From contig NC_042997.1 in NCBI RefSeq assembly GCF_006345805.1, forward strand, positions 119,474,001 through 119,538,000: a stretch of 64,000 nucleotides of DNA, given 5' to 3'. Positions 12,245-27,276 of this stretch are shown piece by piece. The notes beneath the pieces are model-generated. The model did no database searches, had not been told where the DNA came from, and saw only the letters and a list, made by a program, of their open reading frames with translations. The translations under genes were made by a program, and so were the position numbers. The stretch's first letter is position 1. Every line of letters starts with the position of its first letter. Source of the stretch: Octopus sinensis. Its lineage: Eukaryota.

Positions 12245-15200
12245 TAATTCGCAAGATCGATGAACTCACTCGCTTTACACATTTACACAAGAGGCAAAAG
12301 AAAAAAGAGCAAGAACAATCTCGGGAACAGCTCAATCAACATTTGCCCGAATTATGCACAACTCTTCATTCTTTACCTCATATTAATTATTTAAATGAAA
12401 ATCCACCGACAGATGATACACAAGATACAACCCCCACCACGCTTACACTATCAGTTAAAAACCGCATCATCCACATATGGAAAGAAAGGCTTAAAGCCAG
12501 AAAATTTTCTTTCTGGAATATGATTATAAACAACCACAAGGCAGCAATTTTTATGAACGTATGTTAAATTTTACACCAATAATTTTCCTCATAAATTCCA
12601 AATTATTCCAAACGAGCAGGACCAACAAAGACAATTTTGGGATAAATTAACACAGGAAAAAATGAAGACAGAAATAGAACTTCGTAAACTTAGAGCGTTA
12701 AGCAATGAACAAAAATTCAAAAACATAGGTGAGGAAATCTACAACGAATTAAAGAAACATTCAGATGGTCAAAGCTCGGAAAGTGTTTTCAAACTGGGGA
12801 AAACAACTTGTAAAGCTGAAGAATCCAATTCCCTACTAAGATATGCCAATTTCTTTATTAAATACGAAACACAGTTCAACATAGAAAACGCATCGGATAA
12901 CCCCTTCCTGAAGAAAAATAAACCAAAAACATACACAGAAATGACCCCACGCTTATCTAACACAAACCACAGACGATTTAGTGAACACAACTTCCCCGAC
13001 CTAATTTCGATTACACACCAAAATAACTTTCAAGCAACAATCAGGAATTCAGCCCACAATAGAAAATCTGGACGTAATATTCAAGGCATCCTACATACAA
13101 ATCAAAAGTTCCATCGAAACCTAAAGACGAACGTAAACTTTTGTGAACCAAATCAAATCAACTCCCATCATCTCACAATCAATACAAGAATTTACCTCCG
13201 AGACTTAACCCTCAACATGGTTACTTCTATCATTCAACTAAGCACAACCTAACTAGACAACATAACTTCTCCCTCCACCCATCTTACAATATCATAAATA
13301 AATTTAACCCAAACCACATCAACCATAGACAATATAACAATTTAGTCAGCTACACCCCACCCCCTCAAACATACTACCACAGGCACACTTCACATCCATT
13401 TTCTCTTCTGCAAACCAAACAAAATGCAGACTTTCCACAACAATCCACCTACTGCAACCATTTTTAAAAACCTAAATCAGAGAAACAAAGATGTGAAATG
13501 GAATACAAATCTATAAGAACAACCGAAAATAATCAAGTTATCAAAGAAAATCCTAAGTATTACACAAACCAAAATTCTAGCGAGAGGTTTAAAGTTTATT
13601 CCAAAGCTTCGCAAATCGAACCCGAATGAAATTAAGGATAACACTATGGATTTCTGCCGAAAATTACACCATACAGAAACACTTCGCAACTGCACCAACG
13701 AAGATGACTCAATAGTAAAAAAACAAAAGTGGCTACTCTCCAACAAAAGGCAGAAATAAAGCACTTGATACTTCTTGTGAACACATTACCAGTTTTCCTT
13801 TTAATACCCTACAAAAACAAATTAAATCCAAACTTAATGTAAATTAATGGAAAGGCGTAATCGAGTTAAAAAATGAAATAAAACTCACCATTAAAGAAGC
13901 CGACAAAGGAAGTGCAGTAGTGGTGATGGACACAGAGTACTACAAAGATTTAATACTCTCCATGTTGGAAAATAGTATTTACTATGAGAAGATAGTACAA
14001 TACAACTCACAGAAGACACCTAAAAACTTATGTTGCTTCAAATACATGGAAAGGGCCTCACTAAAAATGAAATTGACTATTTATCGAGTTTCAAATACAG
14101 ATCTAGTCTATTTTACGGATTACATAAAATACACAAAAATCTACATATTTGTAAAGCTTGCAAAGATTCTCCAAGCCTATGCATTAATGTTCCTCCCCAC
14201 TACTGACCTCAAACTGAGACTCATCTTTGCTGGCCCTGCTTTTGAAACTCACCGTTTGATCAACTTTGTCGACATCTTAAACCGTTTCTAAAATATGTGA
14301 AAAGCCTTATCAGGGATGACGTAGACATGCTCAAACAACTCCCGAAGACAATAAATGAAGGAACCCGGTTAGTATCATTCGATGTGGTGAATTTGTGCAC
14401 CAATATCCCGCACGATTATGGTATAGAAGCGATCACCTTCTGGCTAGAAAAATACACAGAAGAGATCTCCGGGACGCATCAATCACAGATTCATAATCGC
14501 AGCACTCAAATACTGAACAACTATTTCATGTTCGATACATTTTACTAGCCACATAAACTGTGGAATTGCAATGGGAACCCGAGCAGCTCCAGTGATTGCG
14601 AACCTTGTATTGGGTTACTTTGAGCTTAACATATATCAATCATCAGTACAGAAATATGGCACCTCATTTCATTGCTATTTAAAGGAGAGCTGGCAGAGGT
14701 ATTTGGGCGATTTCTTTATACATTGGAAAGACAGCATGGACAAACTCCTCGATTTCAAAATAATGCTTAATGATATTAATACTATACAATTCACCATGGA
14801 GCACAGCAGCAAACAACTCCCTTTTCTTGACATCGTAATTAAAATAGTCAATAACCACATCGAAACAGACATCTATAAACCCACAGATTCTAAATAATAC
14901 CTATTATTCAACTCATAGCACCCCAAACTCATATAAGTTAAGATACATTATAATCTAGCGAAAGGAATCTGTACCATAGTTTCGGACACGTATACCCATG
15001 AACGAAGACTCCTTGAACTCAGATCAATGCTAATCAAAAGACATTACCCCATATCATTAATAAATTATAGCATTAAACGAGCTAATGAAATAGATATACG
15101 AACACTAAGGGAAGTCAACCGAAATACTACACCAGACTTAAAATTACTCCCATACATTTACACACATAACTCTTGAAACAACGAAACCTTCAACATTATC

Positions 15201-16095
15201 ATCCAAAATCTACCCAGCCTCACAGAAGATAAAACAATGAACAAAAATTTTAGGCTTACACAAAATCATCAGAAGGAAAAAGCAGCCTAAATCATTGAAA
15301 AGAATATTAACCAGTGCAAGAATATATCCATTAACAACAGAATCAAAAGCGAAAAAATGTGGTCGACCTAACTCTGGTAAATGCCTCCACCATTTGAAGG
15401 GTTCAGAGTTCAAATTCCGCCTGTGCCTCGGAAAATCTAATCTATATCATTACATGCTTAGGGTGTGGTAATAATATTGGCCAAACAGGAATATCACACC
15501 GTCGAAGAACCGCTCTCCACAAAGAACAAATCCACCACCCACAATACAGACAGATACAGGTTAGTGAATACATAGAAAGGTGTGCTATGAATCTTAATCC
15601 TAATTTCCTAATTGTCCCCTTCTATCAATGTTCACAGAACACCTAAGTTCAAAACGAATGAATAAAGAGGCAACTTTCATCAATAAATTTCTTCCAAAAC
15701 TCAATATGAACACATAACATAATACAGAACACTATTAACCTTTCAATTAATACCACTGCCCCATACATCCCATACAGCCTTCACTTTACAGATCTATATC
15801 TACCCTAATTGCACCAAATCCAGAACTACTTACCTCCCTTACTCATACCGTTCAGTAATCGGTGTGCATTCAAAGCAATGATTAGTAACGTCACGATATC
15901 GGCATGCTTTTAAATCTCTTTAACAATTCACATACAGATTATCGTCAATTAAAAGCTGCTTTATCAAATTCTGTATTATGTAAACATACCCTTCTTCAAT
16001 CTATATTCACTTATTCCAATGTATAATTTTTTTTCTTGCACCTGTGAAGTCATAAGCCGATTTACTTTGTTTTCATGTTGTATAAGTGAATGAAA
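12245..16095 (+). mobile_element. Penelope-like retroelement (PLE), decayed by frameshifts and stops; reverse transcriptase + GIY-YIG endonuclease
   Basis: Motifs in order: LARGLKFIP (~13580), IKEADKGSAVVVMD (~13890-13930), HKIHK, LRLIFAGP, VSFDVVNLCTNIP, GIAMGTRAAPVIANL, WQRYLGDFF (degenerate YxDD), FTME..KQLPFLD, TDIYKPTDS, then CGRPNSGKC and NLIYIITCLGCG..IGQTG (GIY-YIG, ~15435-15490). Confidence 0.93.
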
Positions 16096-16119
16096 TCACA
16101 ACATTCCCCTGATTGAGAT

Positions 16120-16500
16120 GCCGGTCCGTTGTAGCGCTCAAAGCTAGTAATCTTGCGGGAAGGGAACAAGTTGGTTATATCGACGCCAGAACATCACTGG
16201 TATTTCATCTACCTCGAAGGAATGAAGGGCAAATTTTACCTCGAGAAGATAGGAACACCGTACATAAAAAGCTACAATAAATAATTATTCACACTTCGAC
16301 ACAAATCCAGCAATTTGGGAGAAGAGGTCATGTTGATTACATCGTCCCCATTGTTCAACAGGTATTTATTTTATCGACACCGAAAAGACGAATGGCGTAG
16401 TCGAAAATAGCGGAGTTTGAACTCAGAAGATAAAAGCGGACTAAATGCCGTGAATCATTTAGACCGGCTTGTTAATTATTCTACCACTTCGTCGTTTTAA
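16120..16500 (-). mobile_element. two old, degenerate SINE A-related fragments
   Basis: Reverse-complement remnants of the family A body: actggtatttc...cgaaggaatgaagggcaaa and tttatcgacaccgaaaagacgaatggcgtagtcga...tttgaactcagaa. Confidence 0.6.
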
Positions 16501-17409
16501 AGCTGCAATAAATAACCCTCAGTATTTTTGCTCACCATACTAAAGCTTCCACCAGCTCGATGCCTTCTTCAGTATTATGTAAAATATTTTGTTCTTTGGT
16601 CTTCCATAGAGAAGTTAATCAGCGTTATTGTAAAATGGTATTGTATTTAGTCAACTTGTGATAAAGATTTTACATTACATTGTAATAGATTTTCTAGTTC
16701 AATTATTTTTAAAATGTAGTAGTGTGTATTTTAATGGCATCATCTGTTGTTCACTCAATCAGCTGGCCATTATTTATTAGGATCTCCTCTTCGTTAGAGT
16801 GTCTATGAACGTGTCTTTCATAATTGTGGTACGCAATTACACATTTTTCTCGAACGAAATTCTCATTACTTTCAGCATTGTTTTCATTACTTTTTGCTGC
16901 ATTTCTTAACGAAGACTGCCGAATACGTATGTCGTCTGAAGAACTGATTGCTCTGTTTTTGTTGTTCTTTCGACAGTTAGACAATTTACGTAATCATGAC
17001 TATCGTATAAATAACCATTTCAACTTCTTTCTGCAAAACAATATTGTAGTAATCAGTATATACAGCATATTTTCTCTGGTATATTTACCGGGACAAAAAA
17101 ATGTGCGGGATTAACTTGCTTAACAGTAGAAGTTATTTCAGAATGTCTTCCCTTTCTTTTTATCTTATTACATAAAACTTTATGAAAATTATCCAGCGGA
17201 TATATTTCATCCCATTTGTATTTGATTTTTAATAAAATACCCCAGCTATGATTGAAATACCTGTAAAAATTTTTAAATATGAGAAAACTCAGAGCTTTCT
17301 CTTTCAATTGCTATAATAACTTCTAAAGATAAATTAACTCGAGGAATTAATAAGACTTGAAAATAAATTTTACAAATTCTAATACAGCAGAAACTTAAGC
17401 ATTTTTCTT

Positions 17410-17661
<252 letters not shown>

Positions 17662-18699
17662 GTATATACCCGTCACCTAATCCATAAATCAAAATGGGTT
17701 CTGATTGCAATAAAGGATTTAAGGCAATCCTTTTACAAGAAGCATAATTATGAAATGAAAAAAAAATTGTGACAGCCAGGGCCCGTAATGAAATTTAGAA
17801 CACACTTTTCCATTACATTATAACATATATTCCCTTAAAATGAATAATATTAAACCTGTATAAAAACAATATATCAAGATATACATGCGTATACACACAA
17901 ATATACATACATACACACATACAAAGACACGCATATATATATATGCATACATAAAATAAACACATATATATAGATTATATCTATATGCCTTTGTACACAC
18001 ATACAGACTATACACATAAACACGCGATCACGTACATACACACTCATATAAACATAATAAATGGCAGCATGTAATATTCTTAAAAGCTATATCGGCAAAT
18101 AAATTTTGACAGCAACAGGAAAAATATTAAAACACAGACTAAAAAAAATTATATTTACATATATATATAGATATATATATATGTATGTATGTATGTACGT
18201 ATGTATGTATGTATATATAATATATGTATGTATGTATATATTTCCATTATTAGAAATGCTATGTTACAAGTTATGACAACAAGAAATTTATTTTAAGTTA
18301 AATGAAAAAAAATATATATAAATATTAATACATTTCTAAACATAGAATTATTCGTTTTGAAAATATCAATTTTCCTATTCTTTTATATAATGTGGAAATG
18401 AAGTTATCGAGCAAATTTATATTAAAAGATTCGCAATGCAATTTCGAAAGCAGTATGTGTTTATGTAAAAAAAAAAAAATACACACTATATTATATTTTC
18501 GATGGTACTCTATGGTAGAATTTCACCAGGTTCTAGATAGAGAAACATTGATTAATGACGGAGGGAAACATGAAAAGAGTAATTTCTTTTAAACTAATGA
18601 AAACATTTATTAATAATATTAGTTCACATATAAACTCACACACAATGATCTCTGTTCGCATTTACATATACATATATACATGCATACACATATATGAAG

Positions 18700-18895
18700 A
18701 TGTATACACACACACACACATACACGCACACACACACACATATATAGACATACATGCATAAATATACAGATACATATGTACATACAGGCATACACATACA
18801 TACATACATACATACGTACATACATACATACATACATACGTACATACATACATACATACATACATACGTACGTACACTCATACATACATACATAT
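18700..18895. repeat. (CA)n/(TACA)n microsatellite
   Basis: Directly visible. Confidence 0.95.
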
Positions 18896-19466
18896 CCAAA
18901 ACATATATTTCGTCTTTCTATTACATGCTACAGACTGTTTACTGCAGCAATTCTTGGATTTTGTCTTGCATGGTTTCCTCTTACATATCTACTCAAATTA
19001 TTTGATCTGATTTCTATTTAACGTTTATCTGTTTGACGATTGTCTAAGCTGTACCACACAAAGAAAACCACCTTTTATAAAATTGCTAACATAAATCCAC
19101 CCATCGACACACAAAACCATACACAAGGATATTACTGCTTCGTAACCTTGAGCTTTTATATCCGGATTACAAATTTACATTTATACGAATAATAATTGGT
19201 GCACTCGTGTTTCTTAGTAAATGCCTAACTGTCAGTATGGATAAGCTTGGATTTTCAGAAAAATAAATCAACCGATTGTGCGTTACAAATACAATTTGTG
19301 AGTAGTTCAGTAAAGCTACGCAACATTTTTATCGGGTTTAAAATGAGACAGTGTTTCCATTATCTACATTCTATCGATTGAAATTTGTATCTTTGTTAGA
19401 AACCAGCTCCTTCTTCAAAAGAAGAATTCAAATAATTAAACACTGAAAAGAAATTACATATATAGA

Positions 19467-19670
19467 GTCGCCATGATAGATCGGTAGCCACTACACACAT
19501 TTTATCTCTCCTTGTTTCTCTCCTTGTTATTTTCTGTGTCCCTTTCTGTTGAAGAGCTTAGGCTCAAAACGTAAAAGACTTTTCTATTCCCAAGCGTTAC
19601 ACTAATACATCTGTTTATTTTGTACACCACTTGCCTTCGTCTTTTGTTTTTTTTTTCGTGAACTCCCTAC
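19467..19670 (+). mobile_element. family H pLTR-like repeat with degenerate hammerhead
   Basis: ccttt-CTGTTGA-a-gagc ttag gctc-AAAA-cg-TA-aaagac (19538-19579). Reverse complement of the 10666-10851 family. Confidence 0.75.
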
Positions 19671-20369
19671 ATATATACATCCATCCATACATAAAACTAT
19701 GATATTAAATTCAGTATTGATCTCTTTAAAATATAATCAATTCCTTATGACAACCGTTGAGAATCACAATGATATACTCTAGGATGTGTTGCTAAAATCT
19801 TGAATAGAATCATTTGCTTGTATCTTGCTTACATGAGAATAAACAAACTATTAATTGTAGCTTCCCTTAGACTCGGATGTAATTATGTCACATTTCGATG
19901 CATATAATTAGAGCGGTCGATGACAATGGGTAGCAACGAAATAATTACTGAAGAAAAGCAGCAGTAAAGTGTTTAAACCGCCACCAGCAGCAAGATGGGT
20001 CAGTTGTTCCATACTTCATTGAGAATCTTTAAAGACGCATTACAAGTTGTCCAGAATGCAATCAAGGCATTGTGGCATGATAGTGCTGCAAGTTCTTTCA
20101 TTCAAGCATTCTTTCCCATAAACTGAATGTATGTTTCGAGTCGCTTCGTCTGCAGAGTTTCCTTTTTACTACTCATAAATCATTATGTGCCTCATATGCT
20201 CTTTGGATACTTCCATATGAGAAAGGGTTTTAATTAAAGAAATTTTAATTCTATTATTCTGTAAAATAATATTTAATTAGTTTAAATGTAAACAAATGCA
20301 TAAAAATACTTTTAATTTCATTAGACATTCTAAAATACTATTGCATTTCATTCAATTTTAAAAAGGGTA

Positions 20370-20403
20370 AAATCGGACAGAACTTATGGGATGACCTGAT
20401 ATT
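20370..20403. mobile_element. possible solitary Tc1/mariner-type terminal inverted repeat
   Basis: aaaatcggacagaacttatgggatgacctgata resembles a mariner-type right end. No partner TIR found. Confidence 0.3.
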
Positions 20404-22222
20404 TAGTACTGGGGGCGTTTCATTTATGAAGACGCACTCCAGTATTTTTCTGAGTACTGGGTCATTCGAGTGCTTGGATAAAATGCGGATTAAGGTGTAT
20501 GAACGGCAGGGAGAAGACCTAAATGGATATATTTGATATTCGGCCTACTGAGAGCAGATGATACGAAATAAGTGGACGAGAGAGGATCTCAATTGTATTT
20601 GAATGTGAACGTAAAGGAGTTAATAGATAAATGCAAATGAATATCACATTTTTTTGTTATTTGAAGCTACAGAGACTGTAGCGACTATTCGACTCTTGAA
20701 TATTACATATAAATTTTCGAAGACAGCAAAATCACCTCAACTTGATTGGATGTTGACAACAAGAAAATACACACGGAACAATTCAAAAAAGAAATATATT
20801 TTTGTTTCCTTTTGTTTACGTTTCCTGTTATTATTATAAGACCATATGAAAGATATTTCAAACGGTAATTTAATTTTTCGTTTCACTCAAGTAGGAAATG
20901 ATATCGAAATTATTATTTGGATAATTGAACAACTGTGAAACATATTAATGAAACTATTCATTATTGTCTAGGAGAATTATTGATCGTTGATTATATGTCG
21001 CCTTTGCTTGGTTTAGTCTATCATAATATTGTATTTTAAAATATAATTTGTTAGCTAAATAAAAACATCTAACTAGTACATGTATCACAGATACGAGTTT
21101 CTCTGTATATATGATATTTTTTCGACATGTTTTTATATCTCGTCTAAAATAAAATAAATTTTTATACAACTTAACCATGTACCACATATTCTGAAGACAC
21201 CTGTTATATTCTATGTTAAAATGTCTGGAAATGAGCATTAAATTTATGATTGAATAAATGGAGTCACGTTTTACAAAACAGGAAAGTATTATGGTACTCA
21301 CGGGGTTTTAACTTGATACTGATGTACATTTGTGCGAAAATGGAAAACTAAAACGTATGTATATATATTTAACCTTTGCTAGGATAACATTAAAATGTCC
21401 AGTAATGTTTTAATGCAGAAGTTATAGATGTCTGAAAGCTCTATTTTATATTGGTTTACTAAATGTAGTGTACAATGTAACTTCCTCTAAGTAAATATAA
21501 CTAATCCAAGTAAGTGCTAATGCTACGCATCTATCTGAAAACGTTTTAGACACACACAGAGTAAATCGATCTGTGTTTGCCTCCCGCATTATTGCGTTGA
21601 AATTATCTATACTAACTATATTCTAGTGAGAAGCCTTCATATTATGTTTTATATGGGAAATATATTATTCAGTTAGATATATGAATCTATAACTAGAATA
21701 TTTGACACAAAAATTGAAATGTAGATAGAAACATTAAGTCTACTGCGTGTAAGGTATTTATATTTGAAATTTACGTAGAATATACGTTATCTTCTTTACT
21801 GACTGAAACTAACGTGATTTGCACTCACTATGACATATAAAGATTGCCTCTTTTGAGATATCTGGCATTTTCTAATATATTTTATATAGAACAAATAATG
21901 ACATAAGTAAAGAGACGCCATCACGTATTATTCCATATAGGCATTCACACAATTACAAAATCTGACACCATCATTAGAACAGCCAACAAATTTGGAAATG
22001 TCTTTTTATGTTTCAACGTTCTATGATAGCGGTTAGTCAGTTAAATTTAGAATTAAACGTTACATTTTGACAAGTATACTTTCAAAGCCATCTTATGGCT
22101 GTCAATAAAATGGAAAACGGATAATGAATTCCCATTCCTATTTATCCTGCTATAGGAGTATATTACCTGTCTTCTCACTCTACATCTGTGTAGGTGCGTG
22201 TTAATGATATTTAAACCCAGAT

Positions 22223-22455
22223 AAGGTGGCGAGCTGGCAGAAACGTTAGCACGCCGGGCGAGATGCTTAGTGGTATTTCGTCTGCCGTTACGTATTGAGC
22301 TCAAATTCCGCCGAGGTCGACTTTGCCTTTCATCCTTTCGGGGTCGATGAATTAAGTACCAATTACGCACAGGGGTCGATATAATCGACTTAATCCGTTT
22401 GTCTGCCTTTGTTTGTCCTCTCTGTGTTTAGCCCCTTGTGTGTAGTAAAGAAATA
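22223..22455 (+). mobile_element. SINE family A with perfect 17-bp target-site duplication
   Basis: Full family A body, flanked by gatatttaaacccagat at 22206-22222 and 22456-22472. Confidence 0.96.
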
Positions 22456-22459
22456 GATA

Positions 22460-23262
22460 TTTAAACCCAGATCAGCCTCGCGCACGTAGATCTATTGCCA
22501 GTGGTTATTTCGAAGTGTAGTACTGCAATGTGAAATTGACTTTGATTCTTTTTCTAAGAAAAAGTTTTCTTCCAAGAGTAATCAATGACGGAGTTTCGAG
22601 TTCGATCCAGTTAGCTAACACAATGCAGTAAAGGTTTGCTACAGATTTGCGCTATAGCATGGCTATTGGTCGGTTATCTGGGTGAGACTAATCATGGAAA
22701 ACGAAATAGGAACTATGCATTTGCTCAAAGTAAACGGTGAAGACTAGAGCAGTTAGCAATATTTCTAGTGAGGCTATAAGGAAAGTCAAACGCGTTGCGC
22801 TCAGTGCATGATCCAACTGGATTTGAAAACAAATCGCAATTGGGGTGAGATACATGTATTCCAATACGAGTTGGCTACGTTAAGCCTGTAAGAGTGCATT
22901 AGTAACAGTTTAGCGCTTGAGGAAAAATAAGAATCTAGGAGAAGTGGATTATATTTGGAGAAACTAGAAATGTTTGTTCTTGATCTCTGTAAGTTAAGAG
23001 GTCCGCAAGAAAATCGCATGATAAGGTGGCCGGAAAAAAAAACTTGCAAAGTACAATAACCATGTTATAGCGCAAATGTGTAGCAACCGTTTCCTACATT
23101 GTGTTAGCGAACTGGATCAAACTCAAAACTCCGTCACTGATTATTCTTGGAAGTAAGCTTTTCATAAAAAAAAGAAACAAAATCACCTTCACATTGCCGT
23201 ACTACACAACGGGATAGTCACTAACCATAGATCCACGTGCTCCAGACTGATCTGGGTTTAAG
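22460..23262. mobile_element. ~800-bp old foldback/MITE-like element with ~210-bp diverged terminal inverted repeats
   Basis: 22460-22668 aligns to the reverse complement of 23053-23262, e.g. ttaaacccagatcag / ctgatctgggtttaa, tgacggagtt / aactccgtca, and tttgcgctatagcatgg / ccatgttatagcgcaaa. Confidence 0.8.
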
Positions 23263-24856
23263 ATTGTGCCATTTTAAAGGTATTATTAGCTTATGAAAAT
23301 CAACACCCTCTGACAAAGATAGTTTCTTTTTATATTGTATACACGAATTTGTTGCGAATATATTTATATTTTCTTCATAATCGTTTTGAAAAATGTAGGG
23401 TTAAACTGGTAATAAATAGCTATGCGTTCAACAAACCAGTCATATTTAAATACGCACTGAAATTTTCAGGTTTACACTCATAATTATGTCTAGCCATCCG
23501 CATATATCGGTAGATGATATATAGACACGAATATTTTAATGTTTGAACGCTATAAAAATATATGTTACCACATTTAGATAGTTCATTAAGAACTGTGAGA
23601 TAATAATTGTCAGAGGCATGTTCCAAGTTTACGGAATTGATGGTATAGTAATAATCCACTCCATATCAAATATACATATACTCATAAAACCATGTGACCT
23701 CTATGATATATACTGTGATAAATCACAATCACACAATGATGTCTCATTCAGACAGGAAAAACAAGTTTATGATAACAACATAGGAAGATTGACCCATAAG
23801 AAGGGTCTTGATAAATGTGTAACGATGCATAATATAAACGCGTTTTGTAGAAACGTAAGTATGATTGTTGAACATAATAATTGCCATATTAATATGAAAA
23901 TGATGATCTCTTGAAACCAATAAGAAGTACATTTAGTAATAAAACCTCATATGAAATAACAACAACAAAAGCAAAATATCGTTAATAATCTATTAAACAA
24001 GTTTTTGCTTATGTTGGCAAGAAAGAGATATTAAAATTGTTAATATAAAATACATTGCTATGACGTGAATATATTCAAAATATAAAGTTTCAAAGGTCCT
24101 GAATATGAAACGTACAATCTTCAAAGCCTGTCTCATTTCTTCCTAAAATGTCCCACACAAATATCACATCTCACGTCACAAAGGCTTATTTTATTTTATA
24201 TATTTTACTTTTAAGGTAATTCTGCTAAATTTCGTTATTGAAAAGGTTGCAAGACGCCACAAAGATTTTAGGAATATAAGAATAAGAAAAAATGGAAATT
24301 TTACCGTGAGTGTGTTACATTATAAGGCACAAAAAGAAAATGACTCTCCCCAGACAACAGAATCTGCTAAATTTTATTTCGCGAAAGTAGAATATATATA
24401 TTTACCGTTCAATTATAACAACAACGAATTTATTTGAGATTTCCAACATAAAACGTCTATCAATCAAACAATCAGTCAATAAAACGGAGTATCAACCTAT
24501 CTATCTAGCATGTGTAAGTGATTATGTACAAGTATTTTCATAAATGTGATTGCTTGGCTTTTCGGTTGACTGTGTACATTGATAAGACTGTGCAGTTATT
24601 GTTAACAAAGGAATTTATTCAAAATGAAATTAACGTATATACGATTTATATATTAGCATAACAGAAAAAAGCGTCCTATCTATACACACAGTAAATATAT
24701 TACTACGTAAGAAAATGAAATTACATATATAGGAAACACACACATAAATATCACACGCTCTTCGGTGCACATACGTCTACATAGATGTATGGGCATGTAC
24801 GCATGTAGAAATACCTATACATACATATGCATATGTGAGTGTGTGTGTGTGTGTGC

Positions 24857-24905
<49 letters not shown>

Positions 24906-26089
24906 CGTATGTGCATTGATTTGTTGATATATGTATGTATGCATATGTGTGAGTGTGGTTGTGTGCTCGAGTTTGTGTAGGAGCACGTGTGTCTATGTGT
25001 AGATATTTCTATATATTAGTATGCATACATGAATATGTATGTATGTGGATGTGTAAATAAAGTTCTATGCGATATTAGGTTCCGACTTTTAAAAATTAAT
25101 TTACTTTGTAATTAGAATTTTATGAATCTTTAGACCCTTGGCAGATCGCCTGTTCATTTCAATAATTGTATGTCAAACAAAGATACGCCATCATTGTTTG
25201 TGAGAAAACAAATGGTCACACGCACACAAAGCATATATATAAGAAAATAATATATATATTAATATAAAACCGACTGCATGCAACCATACACATACTAACA
25301 CAAATATACATAATACATGCATACATTCATACATACACACACACATATATTTATGCATGTATGTATATGCGTGCATATTAATATATATGTGTATGTGCGT
25401 GCGAGTGCGTGTATGTATAGGTATACATACCTATGGTTTGTCTCTATTCACACATAAGATGATACACACATAAAAATACACGTGCCTGTAATAAACAGTT
25501 CTTTATGGTTATTTTCCAATGTTAGCAAACGCTATGAATATCAGCCAGTTCGAATTTTATCAGTACTTTCATACTTACATATTTCAGTTTTCAACTTCCA
25601 ATAAAGCGGATGCAGTACCACTTTAATTTCAGGTATAAAATTTCGTTATGTTTTCAAAGAATATAAGTTTGATTTCTGAATTTAAAACTTGACCTTTTTA
25701 TGGAATTTACACACAATAGCTCCGATTAAAGAGCGATCGTTTCTGCAACAGTATATTAAATACTAAAGTACAGCTTTGTACTTCATCCATTAGGTATTCG
25801 CATCCATGAAACATAGCATACACATCAATGTCGTATACTATGCCTGGGTAGTCCTTGTCGCGTGTCCGTATCCCCGGATATAGTACATTTCAACTTTTGC
25901 CGCTTAATTCATAAGATATCGTTACGTCCTCTAGAAATGGCACGGTGTTAAGGGATAAAATATATTTCTTTATCGACCCACGGACACACCATAAATATGA
26001 TTTATTTAGCGTGTGACTATAGTTTTAACATTTACTTTTCTTCTTACGTTCGTTTACAACCACGTGAAAACAAAAGGATTTGATGTATG

Positions 26090-26620
26090 ATAAAATGTGT
26101 AAAGTATGGACAACCCCTTTCGATATTTTCGGACTTAAAGCCTCTAGGCCTATATGTACATCAATTTATAAATAGACTTGCTTAGTATTCAAAGCACTCG
26201 ATTTTATCTAGACATATACGATATTTATTACATAAATTATGCGATCATTTCAAAAATGTTTGAGCCTCATTTCAGTCGTAAAAAGGAATTATCTTCAACG
26301 ATTTGACATGGAGGAAAAAATTCTCGATTTAGGCAAGTGTAGAATCCCCCAAGCGTAGCCACTTCTGTGAACAAATACATGTATTCCGACCTACTTATGA
26401 TCTCCTTAGTATGATATACCAAGCGGGATAGATACGAAATTTTGAAAGCTGTTAATTCCTTATATGAAATCAAGAGAAAACAGAAGAGAAAGAAGTTCTG
26501 CAGCTGGCTGGTTGCTAAACCAAAATAGATGGTTGGTTTGCAACGCAGTGCTGTGAATTTTTGTTCGTCGCAAAACACAGTGAAAATGGCTTTTAACATG
26601 TGAAATATGTCCCAGACACT
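26090..26620 (+). mobile_element. possible heavily decayed Tc1-like transposon remnant
   Basis: TIR-like aaagtatggacaacccct followed by fragments such as LQRFDMEEKILDLGKCRIP and IFVRRK that weakly resemble a Tc1 transposase N-terminus. No DDE motif seen. Confidence 0.25.
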
Positions 26621-27090
26621 AAGCAGCCTGTTGAATTATTACGTTGAGATTTATTTAGCAATTTAAAGATATCGCGAAAATAAATTCCTAAGATTGCAAG
26701 TATCTTTGCCAGAAGCGTGATATAACAAAACGAAAATTGAAATTGCATTTGATTAGATGAGGAAAATCGACGTCTTCTGGCGTGTTGAATGCTTCGTAAT
26801 ACTGAACTTGTGCGACTAAGGGCATTTTAATGAAAAAACAATTAGTTTATTATGGATATGGACTTAGTGACATTATCACTGCAAACATTCGTACAACTTA
26901 TAAAATATAGGCTGCCACATAGATTTTACGTGGGTTTAGAAAATTCAGATAAAGTACTGTACTGTTAAAACATGAAATTTTGTTGCCATTAGTAATTATT
27001 GTTATAAAGTATGTATCATCGATAAAATGCATGTAAAATCAAAGGAAATATTTTGTATGCTTTGTAGTTTAAAACAGAATAAAATGAAAA

Positions 27091-27229
27091 GTAGCTTCCT
27101 TACGAACCACATGGTTCTGGCTTCAGTCCCACTGCGTGGCACCTTGGGAAAGTGTCTTCTACTATAGCCTCGGGCCGACCAAAGACTTGTGAGTGGATTT
27201 GGTGGACGGAAACTGAAAGAAGCCCGTCG

Positions 27230-27276
<47 letters not shown>

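Noticed and set aside
15400-15425. gagttcaaattccgcc identical to part of SINE A inside the Penelope ORF
   Set aside because: It reads in frame as GSEFKF before ACASENLIY. This is more likely a chance match at an internal deletion.
16751-17100. Possible minus-strand terminal exon (hydrophobic stretch, then RKKLKWLF, then ORF 16751..16984)
   Set aside because: In-frame stops interrupt it and there is no recognisable domain.
20404-20446. ~40-bp imperfect hairpin next to a mariner-like TIR
   Set aside because: Too short and isolated to assign a function.
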